Shown here piece by piece: positions 63,463 to 64,000 of a stretch of DNA of 64,000 bases (position 1 is its first letter; each line of letters starts with the position of its first letter). The notes beneath the pieces were generated by a model. It did not search any database. It worked only from the letters and a program-made list of their open reading frames with translations, and was not told the DNA's origin. Origin of the DNA: Felis catus. Its lineage: Eukaryota. The DNA is taken from positions 64,172,001 through 64,236,000 of the forward strand of contig NC_058368.1 in the NCBI RefSeq assembly GCF_018350175.1. The letters are read 5' to 3'. A program made the translations under genes and the position numbers.

Positions 63463-64000
63463 GTGAATTCACAATTATGGATCGTTTTAATTGAATTATA
63501 TCCTTAGAGCTTTAGTTTGGAGCTCAGAATCCACAATGTGTAATTTGCAAGTAATCAATGATATTTGTTTAAATGCTCTTGGGTAAAGATAACGTGAATA
63601 CAGAAACTTGCTTATTTCTACCATAAAATTGTTTGTTAAGGAAAATAATGGAGCATTGTAAATTAACTGTTAAAAATGTAACCTTGGTTTAATTTTAACA
63701 CCTTCATTTGATATTTACTGAGTATTTTTCGGAATAACATAGGTAATTTAGTTCAACTATTTGTGAAAATGTGAAAGTGACTTTGGAAGCAAGCATTCTT
63801 ATCTTTTGTATATTTTACAGTGCCACACATTTTTCATCTCTCATTGAAAAATGTTTTCTATATTTTTGGAATTAATATTTGCTTCTAATTGGCTTCCAAC
63901 CAAGGAAATGCCTAAATCCAGAACTGTTCCAAGTAACTGCATATTATATGCAATAGCTTACTATGTCAAAAAAAAATGAATAGAATTGTGCTGAAGTATA

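Noticed and set aside
1..64000. CRISPR arrays, operons or other prokaryotic-type systems; CpG-island promoter
   Set aside because: Mammalian DNA; direct repeats are TSDs or slippage duplications, and CpG-rich stretches are confined to young SINEs

Overview
AT-rich, CpG-poor felid (cat-family) nuclear DNA, identified by about 23 carnivore/felid tRNA-derived Can-SINEs (SINEC_Fc type) and short felid L1 3' tails. Much of the window is interspersed repeat: Can-SINEs, old and young L1, L2, MIR, MaLR (MLT1) LTRs including one two-LTR provirus, a solo ERV LTR, MER5-type hAT relics and microsatellites. I recognise no protein-coding gene. The listed ORFs are explained by SINEs, microsatellites, L1 ORF2 remnants or chance. 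The firmest non-routine observations are a U6 snRNA retropseudogene whose tail became a compound polypurine microsatellite (5607-5713), a tailless 5'-half tRNA-Lys(CTT) retrocopy with a perfect 16-bp TSD (49434-49472), a tail-only insertion with a 16-bp TSD (39266-39317), a 17-bp inverted-repeat MITE-like element (29341-29520) and a three-level nested TE. A few small exon-like segments with good splice signals are unverified candidates only. I see no support for a new biological system. Repeat subfamily names come from recalled consensus sequences and boundaries of old repeats are approximate.
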